Shown piece by piece: positions 21,496 through 38,306 of a stretch of 64,000 nt of DNA. The notes under the pieces were generated by a model. The model saw nothing but the letters and a program-made list of their open reading frames with translations, was not told the origin of the DNA and did not search any database. Made by a program: the position numbers and the translations under genes. Location of the stretch: the NCBI RefSeq assembly GCF_009914755.1, contig NC_060926.1; one strand, given 5' to 3'. The DNA comes from the human T2T-CHM13v2.0 reference genome, Homo sapiens. Positions within the stretch are counted from its first letter, which is position 1; the number at the start of each line of letters is the position of its first letter.

Positions 21496-21934
21496 TGTCA
21501 AAAGACAAAATTACAACTAATTTAGTTTAAAGAGCATAATTGGCTTTTAGTTGCGATTGTAGAATTGTGCAACACCTCATTTTATAAAATCGAATGAGTG
21601 TTCCTATGAGTTGAGTGGAGGAGGTTGGCTTTCAGAAAGGGCTGAAGAAAGCAGAAACAGAAAAGTGCATTGGTTGTTTCGAGGTTACTTTCCTTGAAAA
21701 GTTTAAAGCAGAGGGTATTTCCTTATCATGTCACTTCAAACTGGTCTGTCGGGAATTTGGCTATTATTTTTCTTTCTCCTGATTTCTTAGAAAGTCAGAT
21801 CGACAACTTAGTTTTGACCTTGTGATGTGGAACATGAGTGACTTGAGTGACTCCATTTTGGTTTAGTCTGTTGGGCCTAGTCTAGTGCAGGAGCTCAGTC
21901 CAAACCAATGGCTTCCTATGAATTTTATTTAACA
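21496..21934 (-). mobile_element. Nested ERV1-class solo LTR (MER31-like)
   Basis: TG...CA termini; minus-strand start tgttaaataaaattcataggaagccattggtttggactgagctcctgcactag and aaaatggagtcactc motif. Confidence 0.65.
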
Positions 21935-22026
21935 GGCGTAAAATTGTCTTTAGTGATTAACCTTTGTCCTTCCAGGCAGTGTGGGAAGAGGGATACCTTT
22001 GCCTTTTAAAATTTATGTCCTGCTTT

Positions 22027-22866
22027 ACTTCAGACATTACACTAAATAGGAGTGTTGAGTATAAAAATGAATTCACAATTAAAGTTGTTAAATTATTTGT
22101 ATATAACTTTAAAAGGAGTTTTTTTGAAGCTTTGTAATTACATTGAAAGTATATTTGTTTCCTTGAAAACAATTTTTTGAAAAGTGAATAATAATATAAT
22201 ACAGCTTTCAAATTACTTTATGCTGTTACTTTATTTCTATTGTATTCACATGTGAAAGTATGTGATCAGTTGTTGCTGTATCAGAGATATTAGAGATTCT
22301 TTATTAGTTGGGCATTCTTTATGACCTTTTCTATAAAAGAGTAAGGACATTAAAATGTAAGATGCATGATAAAAATATAAGTAGCGAGGCTCATTGTAGT
22401 TAGCCTAAATTAAGTAATGTTTAAGGTAGGTGTTCATGGCCAGGCGCGGTGGCTCACACCTGTAATCCCAGCACTTTGTGAGGCCGAGGCGGGTGGATCA
22501 TGAGGTCAGGAGATCGAGACCATCCTGGCTGACACACTGAAACCTCGTCTCTACTAAAAATACACAAAATTAGCCAGGCACGGTGGCGGGTGCCTGTAGT
22601 CCCAGCTACAGGCTGAGGCAGAAGAATTGCTTGAACCCGGGACGTAGAGTTTGCAGTGAGCTGAGATCGCACCACTGCACTCCAGACTGGGCAACAGAGC
22701 GAGACTCCGTCTCAAAAAAAAAAAAAAAAAGTAAGTGTTCAGAGTAATACTTTTCTACATTATACTGAGAGAAATTATAAATTATAAAGTATATCAAATT
22801 ATATTATTTTACTAATTTTACTTTTATGTAATAAAATGCAATATATTTAAAAATTGTTAAAAAAAT
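22027..22866 (+). other. Anonymous retroposed insert (3'UTR-like) containing an Alu
   Basis: 19-bp TSD AAAATTTATGTCCTGCTTT at 22008-22026 and 22867-22885; AATAAA at 22830-22835; short A tail. Confidence 0.75.
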
Positions 22867-23167
22867 AAAATTTATGTCCTGCTTTTAGGCAAATGGGGAA
22901 GGCGGAGAACTTTCCACCCACGTATCTACATCGTATCTACATCTTCTCAATTGTCTTCGGCTTGAAATAATCCTTAGGCTAAAGAGGCGTATTTTGGGGT
23001 GGCACATTCTGGTGTCCTTACAGGTACACTACTTTTATTCATGTCTGTTACTACTATTACACCCCCTTCACCTTGGGCCACCCCATCCTCAGTCTCCCTC
23101 ATTTTTCTTTACAGTTAGCACCATTTACCCATTCACGGAGAACCTTACAGTTCTCGCAACAGGGTGA

Positions 23168-23551
<384 letters not shown>

Positions 23552-23639
23552 TAGCCAGGATGGTCTCGATCTCCTGACCTCATGATCCACCCACCTCGGC
23601 CTCCCAAAGTGCTGGGATTACAGGCTTGAGCCACCGCGC

Positions 23640-24560
23640 CCGGCCAGCTTCTGCCTTCGATGTCTTCTGAAGGAGGGTGGGCTTCGAGGCGGCAGGATGT
23701 GCTTAGGGCACTGAGTGGCCCAGAGTGGGGAGCTCCTGCAGGGTTGAGAGGACCGGCGGGGCGAGGTCGGGGCGGGGCTCGCAGGACCTGGGCGGGGCTC
23801 GCAGGGGCTGGGCGGCCTGGGGGCGGGGCTGGGCGGAGCGCGCAGCCGCGCAGCGGTGGGAGGACTGCGGGGCTCTTGAGGCCAGCTGCAGAGCTTGTGG
23901 AGGCCATGGGGCGCGTCGTCGCGGAGCTCGTCTCCTCGCTGCTGGGGTTGTGGCTGTTGCTGTGCAGCTGCGGATGCCCCGAGGGCGCCGAGCTGCGTGC
24001 TCCGCCAGATAAAATCGGTAGGCGAGAAGGGGGCGGCGCGGGAAGGTGCTGGAGCGCGCCCCGCGCCGGGCGGCCGCTGCGCAGTGCGCCCAGATCCCAC
24101 AGCCGCGACGCAGTCCAGCGGTGCAGGCCGAGCCAGCTGCGCAGGTCGCGCTTTCCCCCATTCACACTTCAGGGCGGCTTTCAGCTCTGGTCGGAATAGG
24201 ACTGTGCATTCCCAGGCGTGGAGAGGTGCCCACTTGAGGAATGGGCGTGGACGGGGACAGGGGCGGGCGGGCAGGCAGGCGCCTAGCGTACCTGTAGCCC
24301 CTGTCTCTTAGGTGTGGGGCTCCGGGGAGGCCTAGGTTTCTCTATCTTCCCGTTGAACACTGACCGTGAAGACTCCAGTGTTCTGGCTTGACCTGGGGCG
24401 CCCGGCCAGATTAACAGGCTCACGCAGGCACAGCACAGGGAGGAGTGCAAACAAGTTGACCCTGCCTGCTTCCCTTGGGAGGCTGAACCGCCTTCCCCCA
24501 GCTCCGCTTTGCTGAGGTCGGCCTGCTCTCAGAGGCCCTTGGCTTGCACAGTTTCTCCGC
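23640..24560. promoter_or_regulatory. PCYOX1 CpG-island promoter
   Basis: CpG-dense; clustered GGGCGG GC boxes at 23769-23838 directly upstream of the start codon. Confidence 0.85.
23906..24017 (+). CDS. PCYOX1: Prenylcysteine oxidase 1 exon 1 (112 nt; signal peptide)
   Basis: gaggccATGG Kozak; [37 protein letters not shown] with a hydrophobic leader; donor G|gtaggc. Confidence 0.96.
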
Positions 24561-25100
24561 CTAGGACTAACACAGCTGCAGAAAGAATCTGTTCTCTTTC
24601 CACTGTCAAGAGCTCCAGTGTCAGGAGCCTTGGCTCTTTGCTTCCTGTCTCCCTCCCGCCCCCCTTTAAAGTTGTGTTCTTCGGTATCATTAACCTATCT
24701 ACATTGAATCTAGACACAACAAAGCTAGGCATAAATGGCCGTCACTTTATTAAAAATGCGTGCTGGAAAGGTCCACCTCTAATGTGCCCGTGAGTTGGGC
24801 ATCTGGAAGGGTGTGCAGGCCCCTTGGTTCCTCCATAAAGACCTGTGAGAATCTTTGGGCATCTGGAAAAAAAATCGAGTTAATGTCAATATGTTAATTA
24901 ATCTACTGCTTTTGTCTGGGAACAGTGTCTGTCCAGATTCAGGGAGTTAGACCTTCGCTGCAGGTGTCACTCTTCCCCCACCAAATTGTTGGTAATAGCT
25001 TTGAGTAACAACCTCTGCTATTGATGGTCTTTCAAAAACAAAACAACTCACAGAGCTGGTAAAAGGGGAAAATATAATCTTCTGTTTTTTTCCCTCATAG

Positions 25101-25307
25101 CGATTATTGGAGCCGGAATTGGTGGCACTTCAGCAGCCTATTACCTGCGGCAGAAATTTGGGAAAGATGTGAAGATAGACCTGTTTGAAAGAGAAGAGGT
25201 CGGGGGCCGCCTGGCTACCATGATGGTGCAGGGGCAAGAATACGAGGCAGGAGGTTCTGTCATCCATCCTTTAAATCTGCACATGAAACGTTTTGTCAAA
25301 GACCTGG
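25101..25307 (+). CDS. PCYOX1: PCYOX1 exon 2 (207 nt; FAD-binding Rossmann motif)
   Basis: catag|CG...; translates to [39 protein letters not shown]... (GxGxxG and GGR motifs); donor G|gtatgt. Confidence 0.97.
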
Positions 25308-25496
25308 GTATGTAATTTTGGTCTTGGAGCTCACCAGATTACTGTGTGACATCCCCGGATATTTTTATCAGATGGAGAACTGAAATTTCTGCCTTGTTAA
25401 TTGCCTTACAGAGACGTTGGTAAAACTGTTTTCCTCACTTTCTTGTTAGTTGGTACTGCCTGAGTTAGGAGCAGTTCTGCTGTAATGGGACACTAG

Positions 25497-25889
<393 letters not shown>

Positions 25890-26952
25890 TAAAGAATCAG
25901 AGAAGGTTTGGAGATAGTCATCTCATTGTGATCATTTTGCAGCTGAGTAAATGAGACCCAGAGACTTGAATTGTCTGGCTCAAAGTCACTCACATATGGC
26001 CATGGCCAGGGTCAGTGGCTCATGCCTGTAATCCCAGCACTTTGGGAGGCCGAGGCAGAGGATCACTTGAGCCCAGGAGTTAGAAACCAGTCTGGGCAAC
26101 ATAGTGAGATCCTGTCTTTACTAAAAATAAAAAAGTTAGCCTGGTGTGATGGCACAAACCTGTAGTCCCAGCTTCTTGGGAGGCAGAGGCAGGAGGATCC
26201 CTTGAGCCTGGGAGATAGAAGCTGCAGTGAGCCTTGCATGCCACTGCACTCCAGCCTGGGCAACAAAGTGAGACCCTATCAAAACAAACCACCACCAACA
26301 AAACAAACTCCGTCACACAGCTGTGGATGCAGACACGTGCCTAGAACTTGGGATGTGCAACTGCTGCCCTGACAGCAGAGGAGCTGGATAGGTCATGGGG
26401 AAAGTCTGACAGGCCTCTGGAGGCCCTTTCGGCAGGGAGTATTTTGTAACTTTGGCCTCCTTCCAGTTATCTGAAATATCCAGTTTTGCAAAATAGGATT
26501 CTCACAGGAATGGAAGTGCCTCAGCTGCCTTCCACATCCTCTGTAGATGCTGCCTCTGCTTCCGTTTCCTCCACGAGGGCGAAGGTATACCCAGAACAAA
26601 TTATGCCACGAAGATGCATGTCTGACATCTTTGTTTTTAAATTGAATTCAGTTGGTACTCTGGCTTTTTTCCTTTGACTATCCAGTTTTTTTAGACTTTT
26701 AGTCTAAAAATAGCCAGGTAAAAATATATCTACTTTTGATATATTAATATTTACATGATCATCTGACCCATCGCCTAGCAAATCTGCTTTTGGACAGTGT
26801 AGTGAAAGTATAGTGTTTCACACTGTTCCAAAGATAGAGCTCCTTTATGTGTCTCCTGAGAACTGAGGGAAGCCCCAAATTCACTCAGATTACGTTCTTT
26901 CATTTGATCAGCATAGACACCACTGACTTAGCTGTGCTTTATGTTTTTGCAG

Positions 26953-27127
26953 GTCTCTCTGCTGTTCAGGCCTCTGGTGGCCTACTGGGGATATATAATG
27001 GAGAGACTCTGGTATTTGAGGAGAGCAACTGGTTCATAATTAACGTGATTAAATTAGTTTGGCGCTATGGATTTCAATCCCTCCGTATGCACATGTGGGT
27101 AGAGGACGTGTTAGACAAGTTCATGAG
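26953..27127 (+). CDS. PCYOX1: PCYOX1 exon 3 (175 nt)
   Basis: ttgcag|GT...; [59 protein letters not shown]; donor AG|gtaatt. Confidence 0.96.
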
Positions 27128-27904
27128 GTAATTTTTTTTCCTTCCATTTAACCTAAGATCTTTTAATTTAGGTTAAATTAAACTTGATGAACTTTAGGAA
27201 TTATGATTTCTTGTAAGCATTTTCTACCTCACAGCAAGGCCTGTTTATAACATTGTTAGGCAAAATGTTTTGTAGAAACTATGCAGACTATTTGCTTGGA
27301 TATTGAAAGGTTGGTTTATTTTTGCTTCTGAAGTGTATTTTGCAAATGCTTCTTTAGTGTTGCCAGATACTGTTAGATGCCTTGAATTCTTATGACAACT
27401 TACTCTGGTAGGTACTGTTTTTAGCTTCTTTAAACAGATGCAGAAGGTGGCGGTGTAGAGAGGTTTTAAAAGGCAAGTTCACCCACATAGTAAGTGGTAT
27501 AGCTGGAGTTGCCACCCAGGCAGTCTGGCCTTTGAGTCTTCACTCTTAATCTCTATGCTGTGCTGGTGTTGTGTATATGAATTGAGATAATGTGTACAAG
27601 AGCTTGTAGAAAGGATCAGAAAACTTAAATGGCCTTTAATAGTGACATGTTTTCAGTGAACCAGCAGCCTGAAGTAGAGTAAAAGTTCCATATTCCAAGA
27701 ATTTACATTCTAGCACTGTTTTGGGTAGTGAGAATTCAGGTGCCTCTTTTTCGTCCTTATGCTTTTCTATATTTAAACAGTTTTTTTAATGCGTGTGAAT
27801 ATGTATCACTTTGGTAATCAGGAAGACTAACATAAAATAGCCAGTCTAATTTTGAAAGGTACAATCTGTATTTTTAAAGCTGTTGGCATGTTCTAGTTTT
27901 TTAG

Positions 27905-28425
<521 letters not shown>

Positions 28426-28829
28426 TAGCCAGGATGGTCTTGATCTCCTGACCTCGTGATCCGCCTGCCTCAGCCTCCCAAAGTGTTGGGATTGCAGGCA
28501 TGAGCCACTGTGCCCGGCTAGCACATGCTAATTTTTATGCTGCTTTACAGTTTTAGGTACTGGAGGCCAGGATCGCATCATTACACTCCAGCCTGGGTGA
28601 CAGAACAAGATTCCATCTTGAGGGGAAAAACAAAACAAAACAAAACATGTCATATGACCAGGTATTGAACAGGACAAATATGAGTTAAGCAGGGCTGGGC
28701 ACAGTGGCTTATGCCTCTAATCCCAGAATTTTGGGAGGCTGAGGCTGGTGGATCACCTGAGGTCAGGAGTTTGAGACCAGCCTGACCAACATGGTAAAAC
28801 CCTGTCTCTACAAAAAATATAAAAATTTA

Positions 28830-28991
<162 letters not shown>

Positions 28992-29421
28992 CTAAGCAGG
29001 ATATGCTCTGGTTTCTATAACTCATGGTAGTTTGGGGTTTCTTTCTTTCTCAACATCATTCTTAGGTCAGTTCCTTAAATGCCTTTCCCGTGGGTACCTT
29101 AAGTCCATCTACAGTGCATAATGTTTTTAAGTAGCCATTCATTCATTCACCCAATATTGAATACCTGTTAGGTGCTAGGCATTGTTCTATGTTGAGAGTA
29201 TAGGACCTACAACATGTCCTTGTCCTCAAAGAATATATATTCTAGTGGAGAGACAGGCAATACACAACCAAGGAAATATATAGAATTTGCGTAGAGACGG
29301 CCAGTCACTTTATAGAAGGTGGGTGGCATGGTGCTGCATACTCAGCAGGCAGATCAAGTTCTGATGGCATCAGCCCTGCTTGTGTGTATTGTTTTTCTTT
29401 TCTTTTCTTTTTTTTTTTTGA

Positions 29422-29529
<108 letters not shown>

Positions 29530-30090
29530 TAGCTGGGACTACAGGCACATGCCACCATGCCTGGTTAATTTTTTGTATTTTTAGTAGAGATGTGGTTTCA
29601 CCGTGTTAGCCAGGCTGGTCTCAAACTCCTGACCTTGTGATCTGCCTGTCTCGGCTTCCCAAAGTGTTGGGATTATAGGCGTGAGCCACTGTGCCCGGCC
29701 CTCTTTTTTTTTTTTTTTTTTTTTGATACAGGTCTCACTCTGTCACCCAGGCTGGAGTGCAGTGGTGTGATCATGGCTCACTGCAGCCTGGACCTCCTGG
29801 GCTCAGGGGATCTGCCTACCTTAGCCTCTGTGTAGCTGGGACTACAGGCACGTGCCATCAGATCTGGCTAATTTTTTGTATTTTTTTTGTAGAGATGAGG
29901 TTTGGCCATGTTGCCCAGGCTGGTCTTGAATTCCTGGGCTCGAGTGTTCCACTCACCTGGGCCTCCCAAAGTGTTGGGATTACGGTTGTGAGCTCCTGTT
30001 CCCAGCCTTGTTTTTTTTTTTATCTGTGGCTTGCTTGAGATGTAGAGAATTGCCCTTTGAGAAATTAAGAAATTACTTTTTTTTTTTTGA

Positions 30091-30306
<216 letters not shown>

Positions 30307-31107
30307 TGATCTGCCCGCCTTGGCCTCCTAAAGTGCTGCGATTACAGGCATGAGCCACCGCACCTGGCCTAAGAAATCACTTTTGAAGTGAATTCAAGGT
30401 ATTACAGAACTGGGAAAAAGAACCAGTGAGGGGATACATAGGTTATACTGTTTTTGACTTTAAAAAATAATTTACGGGCCGGGCGCGGTGGCACACGCCT
30501 GTAATCCCAGCACTTTGGGAGGCCAAGGCAGATAGATCTTGAGGTCAGGAGTTCGAGACCAGCCTGGCCAACATGGTGAAACTCCGCCTTGCTAAAAATA
30601 CAAAAATTAGCTGGGTGTGGAGGCGCAGCTAATGCCAGCTACTTGGGAGGCTGAGGCAGTAGAATCGCTTGAACCCAGGAAGCGGAGGTTGTGGTGAGCC
30701 AAGATCAAAGTATACACAAGGTGGAGAAAGACCTATGTAACAGTAGTAAACCATGACACTCGAAAGAGGGCTCAAGCTTGTGGTAGGCAATACTCGAAAA
30801 CAGTGCATTCATTCATTCTCTGCTGTTGGAGGTACTTGAGTGGAAATCCTGCAGCCCCTGACATCAGCACTAGCTAGCTTAATTTCCACTTCTGCACATA
30901 CATTTATGTAGTTGTTCTGGTTGGATGCCATTCTTAACTAATTTTTTTTTTTTTTTTTTTTTGAGACCAAGTCTTGCTCCGTCACCCAGGCTGGAGTACG
31001 GTGGTGCAATCACAGCTCACTGCAGCTTTGACCTCCTGGTCTCAAGTCATCTTCCAGCCTCAGCTGGGACTATAGGCATGTGCCATCATGCTTGGCTAAT
31101 TTTTTAA

Positions 31108-31386
<279 letters not shown>

Positions 31387-31789
31387 TAGAATGTAGTAGA
31401 TGTTTACTCAGATGTTTGTGGAATTTAAATCTCTGGTCTGCTGATGGCTTCCTGTTGAGATATCTTGGCTTGTAGACTAGGTTAAAGCTTATTCTTCTCT
31501 CTCAAGTTAGTGCATTTCTGGGGACTTGTAAGATCCTTAACACTTCTTGATCTGAGACTGATAGACTCACAGGGAAAGGCTTTATAAACACCCTTTCTTC
31601 CTTCCAGTTACTCCTACCAAATATTTTGAGTCAATTTTTGTTCTTTCATTTCCCAAACCCACTCTATCTTGAATCCCATCAGCCTTTAAAATACATCCAG
31701 TATTCCACTACTTCTCTCCAGGATTACTGCTACCACTTTGTTCCAAGTCACCACCACTGTCTCTTGTCTGGATTGCTAGAGTAGCCTCC

Positions 31790-33920
31790 TATTATAGGCT
31801 GAATAATCCTCTCCCCTGCCGTCTGCCACAAGATGTCCATGTCTTAATTCCTGGAACCTGTGAATGTGTTACCTTTTGAGGTAAAAGAGACTTTGCAGAT
31901 ATGGTTAAGGATGGGTAGATTATTCTGGATTATCTAGGTGGGCCCAATATAATCACAAGGGTCCTTAGAGAGGCAGGAGGATCAGGGTAGGTAGTAGGAG
32001 ATGTGATGATGGAAGGAAGAGATTGGAGTGATGCTAGGAAGGGGTGTGCGTCCACGAGCCAAGGAATGCAGGTGGCCTGTAGAGGCTGGAAAAGACAGTC
32101 TTCCCTCAGAGCTTCTAGAAGGAACCAGCCTTGTGCACACCTTGATTTTAGCCCGGAGAGACTGACTTTGGTCTTCTAATTTACAGAACCGTAAGATTAT
32201 AACTTTTTTTTTTTTTGTTAGTATTTATTAATCATTCTTGGGTGTTCTTCGGAGAGGGGGATTTGGCAGGGTCATAGGACAATAGTGGAGGGAAGGTCAG
32301 CGGATAAACATGTGAACAAAGGTCTCTGGTTTTCCTAGGCAGAGGGCCCTGCCGCCTTCCGCAGTGTTTGTGTCCCTGGGTACTTGAGATTAGGGAGTGG
32401 TGATGACTCTTAACGAGTATGCTGCCTTCAAGCATCTGTTTAACAAAGCACATCTTGCACCGCCCTTAATCCATTTAACCCTTAGTGGACACAGCACATG
32501 TTTCAGAGAGCATGGGGTTGGGGGTAAGGTCATAGATAAACAGCATTCCAAGGCAGAAGAATTTCTCTTACTACAGAACAAAATGGAGTCTCCTATGTCC
32601 ACCTCTTTCTACACAGACACAGTAACAATCCGATCTCTCCTTCCTTTCCCCACATTTCCCCCACTTCTATTCGACAAAACTGCCATCGTCATCATGGCCC
32701 GTTCTCAATGAGCTATTGGGTACACCTCCCAGACGGGGTGGCGGCTGGGCAGAGGGGCTCCTCACTTCCCAGACAGGGCGGCTGCTGGGCGGAGGGGCTC
32801 CTCACTTCTCAGAGAGGGCGGCCGGTCAGAGAGGCTCCTCACCTCCCAGACGGGATGGCGGCGGGGCAGAGACACTCCTCAGTTCCCAGACGGCGTCGCG
32901 GCCGGGCAGAGGCGCTCTTCACATCTCAGACGGGGCGGCGGGGCAGAGGCGCTCCCCACATCCCAGACGATGGGCAGCCGGGCAGAGACGCTCCTCACTT
33001 CCTAGACGGGATGACGGCCGGGAAGAGGCGCTCCTCACTTCCCAGACTGGGCGGCCGGGCAGAGGAGTTCCTCACATCCCAGACGATGGGCGGCCAGGCA
33101 AAGACACTCCTCACTTCCTAGACGGGGTGGCGGCTGGGCAGAGGCTGCAATCTCAGCACTTTTGGGAGGTCAAGGCAGGCGGCTGGGAGGTGGAGGTTGT
33201 AGCGAGCCGAGATCACGCCACTGCACTCCAGCCTGGGCAACATTGAGCACTGAGTGAGCGACACTCCGTCTGCAATCCTGGCACCTCGGGAGGCCGAGGC
33301 TGGCAGATCACTCATGGTCAGGAACTGGAGACCAGCCCGGCCAACACGGTGAAACCCCGTCTCCACCAAAAAATACGAAAACCAGTCAGGCGTGGCGGCG
33401 CGCGCCTGCAATCCCAGGCACTTGGCAGGCTGAAGCAGGAGAATCAGGCAGGGAGGTTGCAGTGAGTCGAGATGGCAGCAGTACAGTCCAGCCTTGGCTC
33501 GGCATCAGAGGGAGACCGTGGAGAGGGAGAGGGGGAGGGGGAGGGGGAGAGGGAGAGCTGTTTTTTGTTTTGAGACAGAGTCTTGCTCTGTCACCCAGGC
33601 TGGAGTGCAGTGGCACAATCTTGGCTCACTGCAGCCTCCGCCTCCTGGGTTCAAGCAGTTCTCTGCCTCAGCCTCCCGAGTAGTTGGGATCACAGGCGCC
33701 CACCACCATGCCCGGCTAATTTTTGTATTTTTAGTAGAGATGGGGTTTCACCATCTTGGCCAGGCAGGTCTTGCACTCCTGACCTCGTGATCCACCCGCC
33801 TCAGCCTCCCAAAGTGCTGGGATTACAGGTGTGAGCCACTGCACCCGGCCGTAAATTTGTGTTGTTTTAAGCCACTAAGTTTGTGGTAATTTGTTATAGC
33901 AGCAGTGGAAAACCAAGACA
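31790..33920 (+). mobile_element. MLT1 (MaLR, MLT1D-like) solo LTR interrupted by Alu + SVA
   Basis: MLT1-type text (gactttgcagat, ggtgggcccaatataatcacaagggtcctt, taagccactaagtttgtggtaatttgtta); 5-bp TSD CCTCC at 31785-31789 and 33921-33925. Confidence 0.85.
32204..33557 (-). mobile_element. SVA retrotransposon, near full length, short VNTR
   Basis: Poly(T) 32204-32216 with AATAAA (minus) at 32224-32229; SINE-R to about 32715; GC-rich VNTR units (ctcctcacttcccagacggg...) about 32720-33140; Alu-like segment; (CCCTCT)n-type hexamers 33521-33557. Confidence 0.95.
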
Positions 33921-34124
33921 CCTCCTAAATCATCTGCCATTACTGTTATATTGCTACCATTTGTTCTCAGGTTAGCAGCCAAAGTAGTTCTTTAAAATCT
34001 AAGGCTCATCACATCACTCCACTAACTCAGAAACCTTCAGTGGCTATTTCATTAATAGAGATTTATAGCCAAAATCTGTTTTGTGACTGAGAAGACATGA
34101 CAGGATTCTGTGCTCTCATCCCTT

Positions 34125-34762
34125 ACTTTTAAATTTGTTTTCCCCAAAATTCATAGGTTGAAACACTAGCCACCCAGTACTCAGAATGTGACTGCATATG
34201 TATGTAGGGCCTTTAAATATGTGATTAAGTTAAAATGAGGTCTTTAGCGTAGACCCTAAAACAATTTGATGGGTGTCCTTAAGATTAGGACACAGAAAGG
34301 AGGCCAAGGCGGGCAGATCACCTGAGGTTGGGAGTTCGAGACCAGCCTGACCAACATGGTGAAACCCCTTCTCTACTAAAAATACAAAAAATTAGCTGGG
34401 CGTGGTGGTGCATGCTTGTAATCCCAGCTACTCAGGAAGGCTGAGGCAAGAGAATCACTTGAACCTGGGCGGCAGAGGTTGCAGTGAGCCATTGCACTCC
34501 AGCCTGGGCAACAAGCGTGAAACTCTGTCTCAGAAAAAAAAAAAAAAAATTGGGACACAGAAGAAACACACAAAGACCATGTGAGGACACAGCAAGAAGG
34601 TGGCCATCTGCAAGCCAAGGAAATAGGCCTCAGAAGAAACCGAATGCATCCACACCTTGATCTTGGACTTTTGGCCTACAGAACTATAAGAAATAAAACT
34701 TTTTTTGTTTAAGCCATCCAGTCTTTGGTACTGTGTTATGGCAGTCTTGGTGAACTAATACA
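34125..34762 (+). mobile_element. MLT1A-like solo LTR interrupted by a 5'-truncated Alu
   Basis: gaggacacagcaagaaggtggccatctgcaagccaagg...aactaataca terminus; internal Alu about 34297-34550 flanked by a GGACACAGAA-containing TSD. Confidence 0.8.
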
Positions 34763-34764
34763 CT

Positions 34765-36205
<1,441 letters not shown>

Positions 36206-36489
36206 TAACATTTCTGGCTGTACCACTCCCGGTTCTCCCATATCACTCTGCTTCAGCTGCTCTGGCTTCATTGTTTCTTGAATGTGCCAGGCAAGCTTCT
36301 GTCATGTGACCTTTGCATTGCTTTTACCTCTACCGGAAATATTTTCCCCCAGGTGTTTGCCTGGTTTGCATCCTCATCTCCTTCGGGTCTTTGGTCTATA
36401 TCATCTTCTCAGTGAGGCTTTTCCTGACCACTTTTGTTTTTGGACAGTCTTATTTAGAATTCAACCCTCCTAACCCCATGTATTTCTAG

Positions 36490-36870
<381 letters not shown>

Positions 36871-36980
36871 TGATCACAGCTCACTGCAGCCTCAACCAGC
36901 GGGGCTGAAGTGATCCTCATGCCTCAGCTTCCTGAATAGCTGGGACTACAGGCATGCCTCACCATGCCTGGCTAATTTTT

Positions 36981-38306
<1,326 letters not shown>

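Noticed and set aside
32720-33140. Array of about 40-bp repeats that could be mistaken for CRISPR
   Set aside because: Degenerate tandem VNTR units with no unique spacers, no cas genes and a eukaryotic context.
32232-33834. ORFs of up to 176 aa with repeated LLTSQTG / SSLPRRG units
   Set aside because: They are readings of the SVA SINE-R, VNTR and Alu-like parts.
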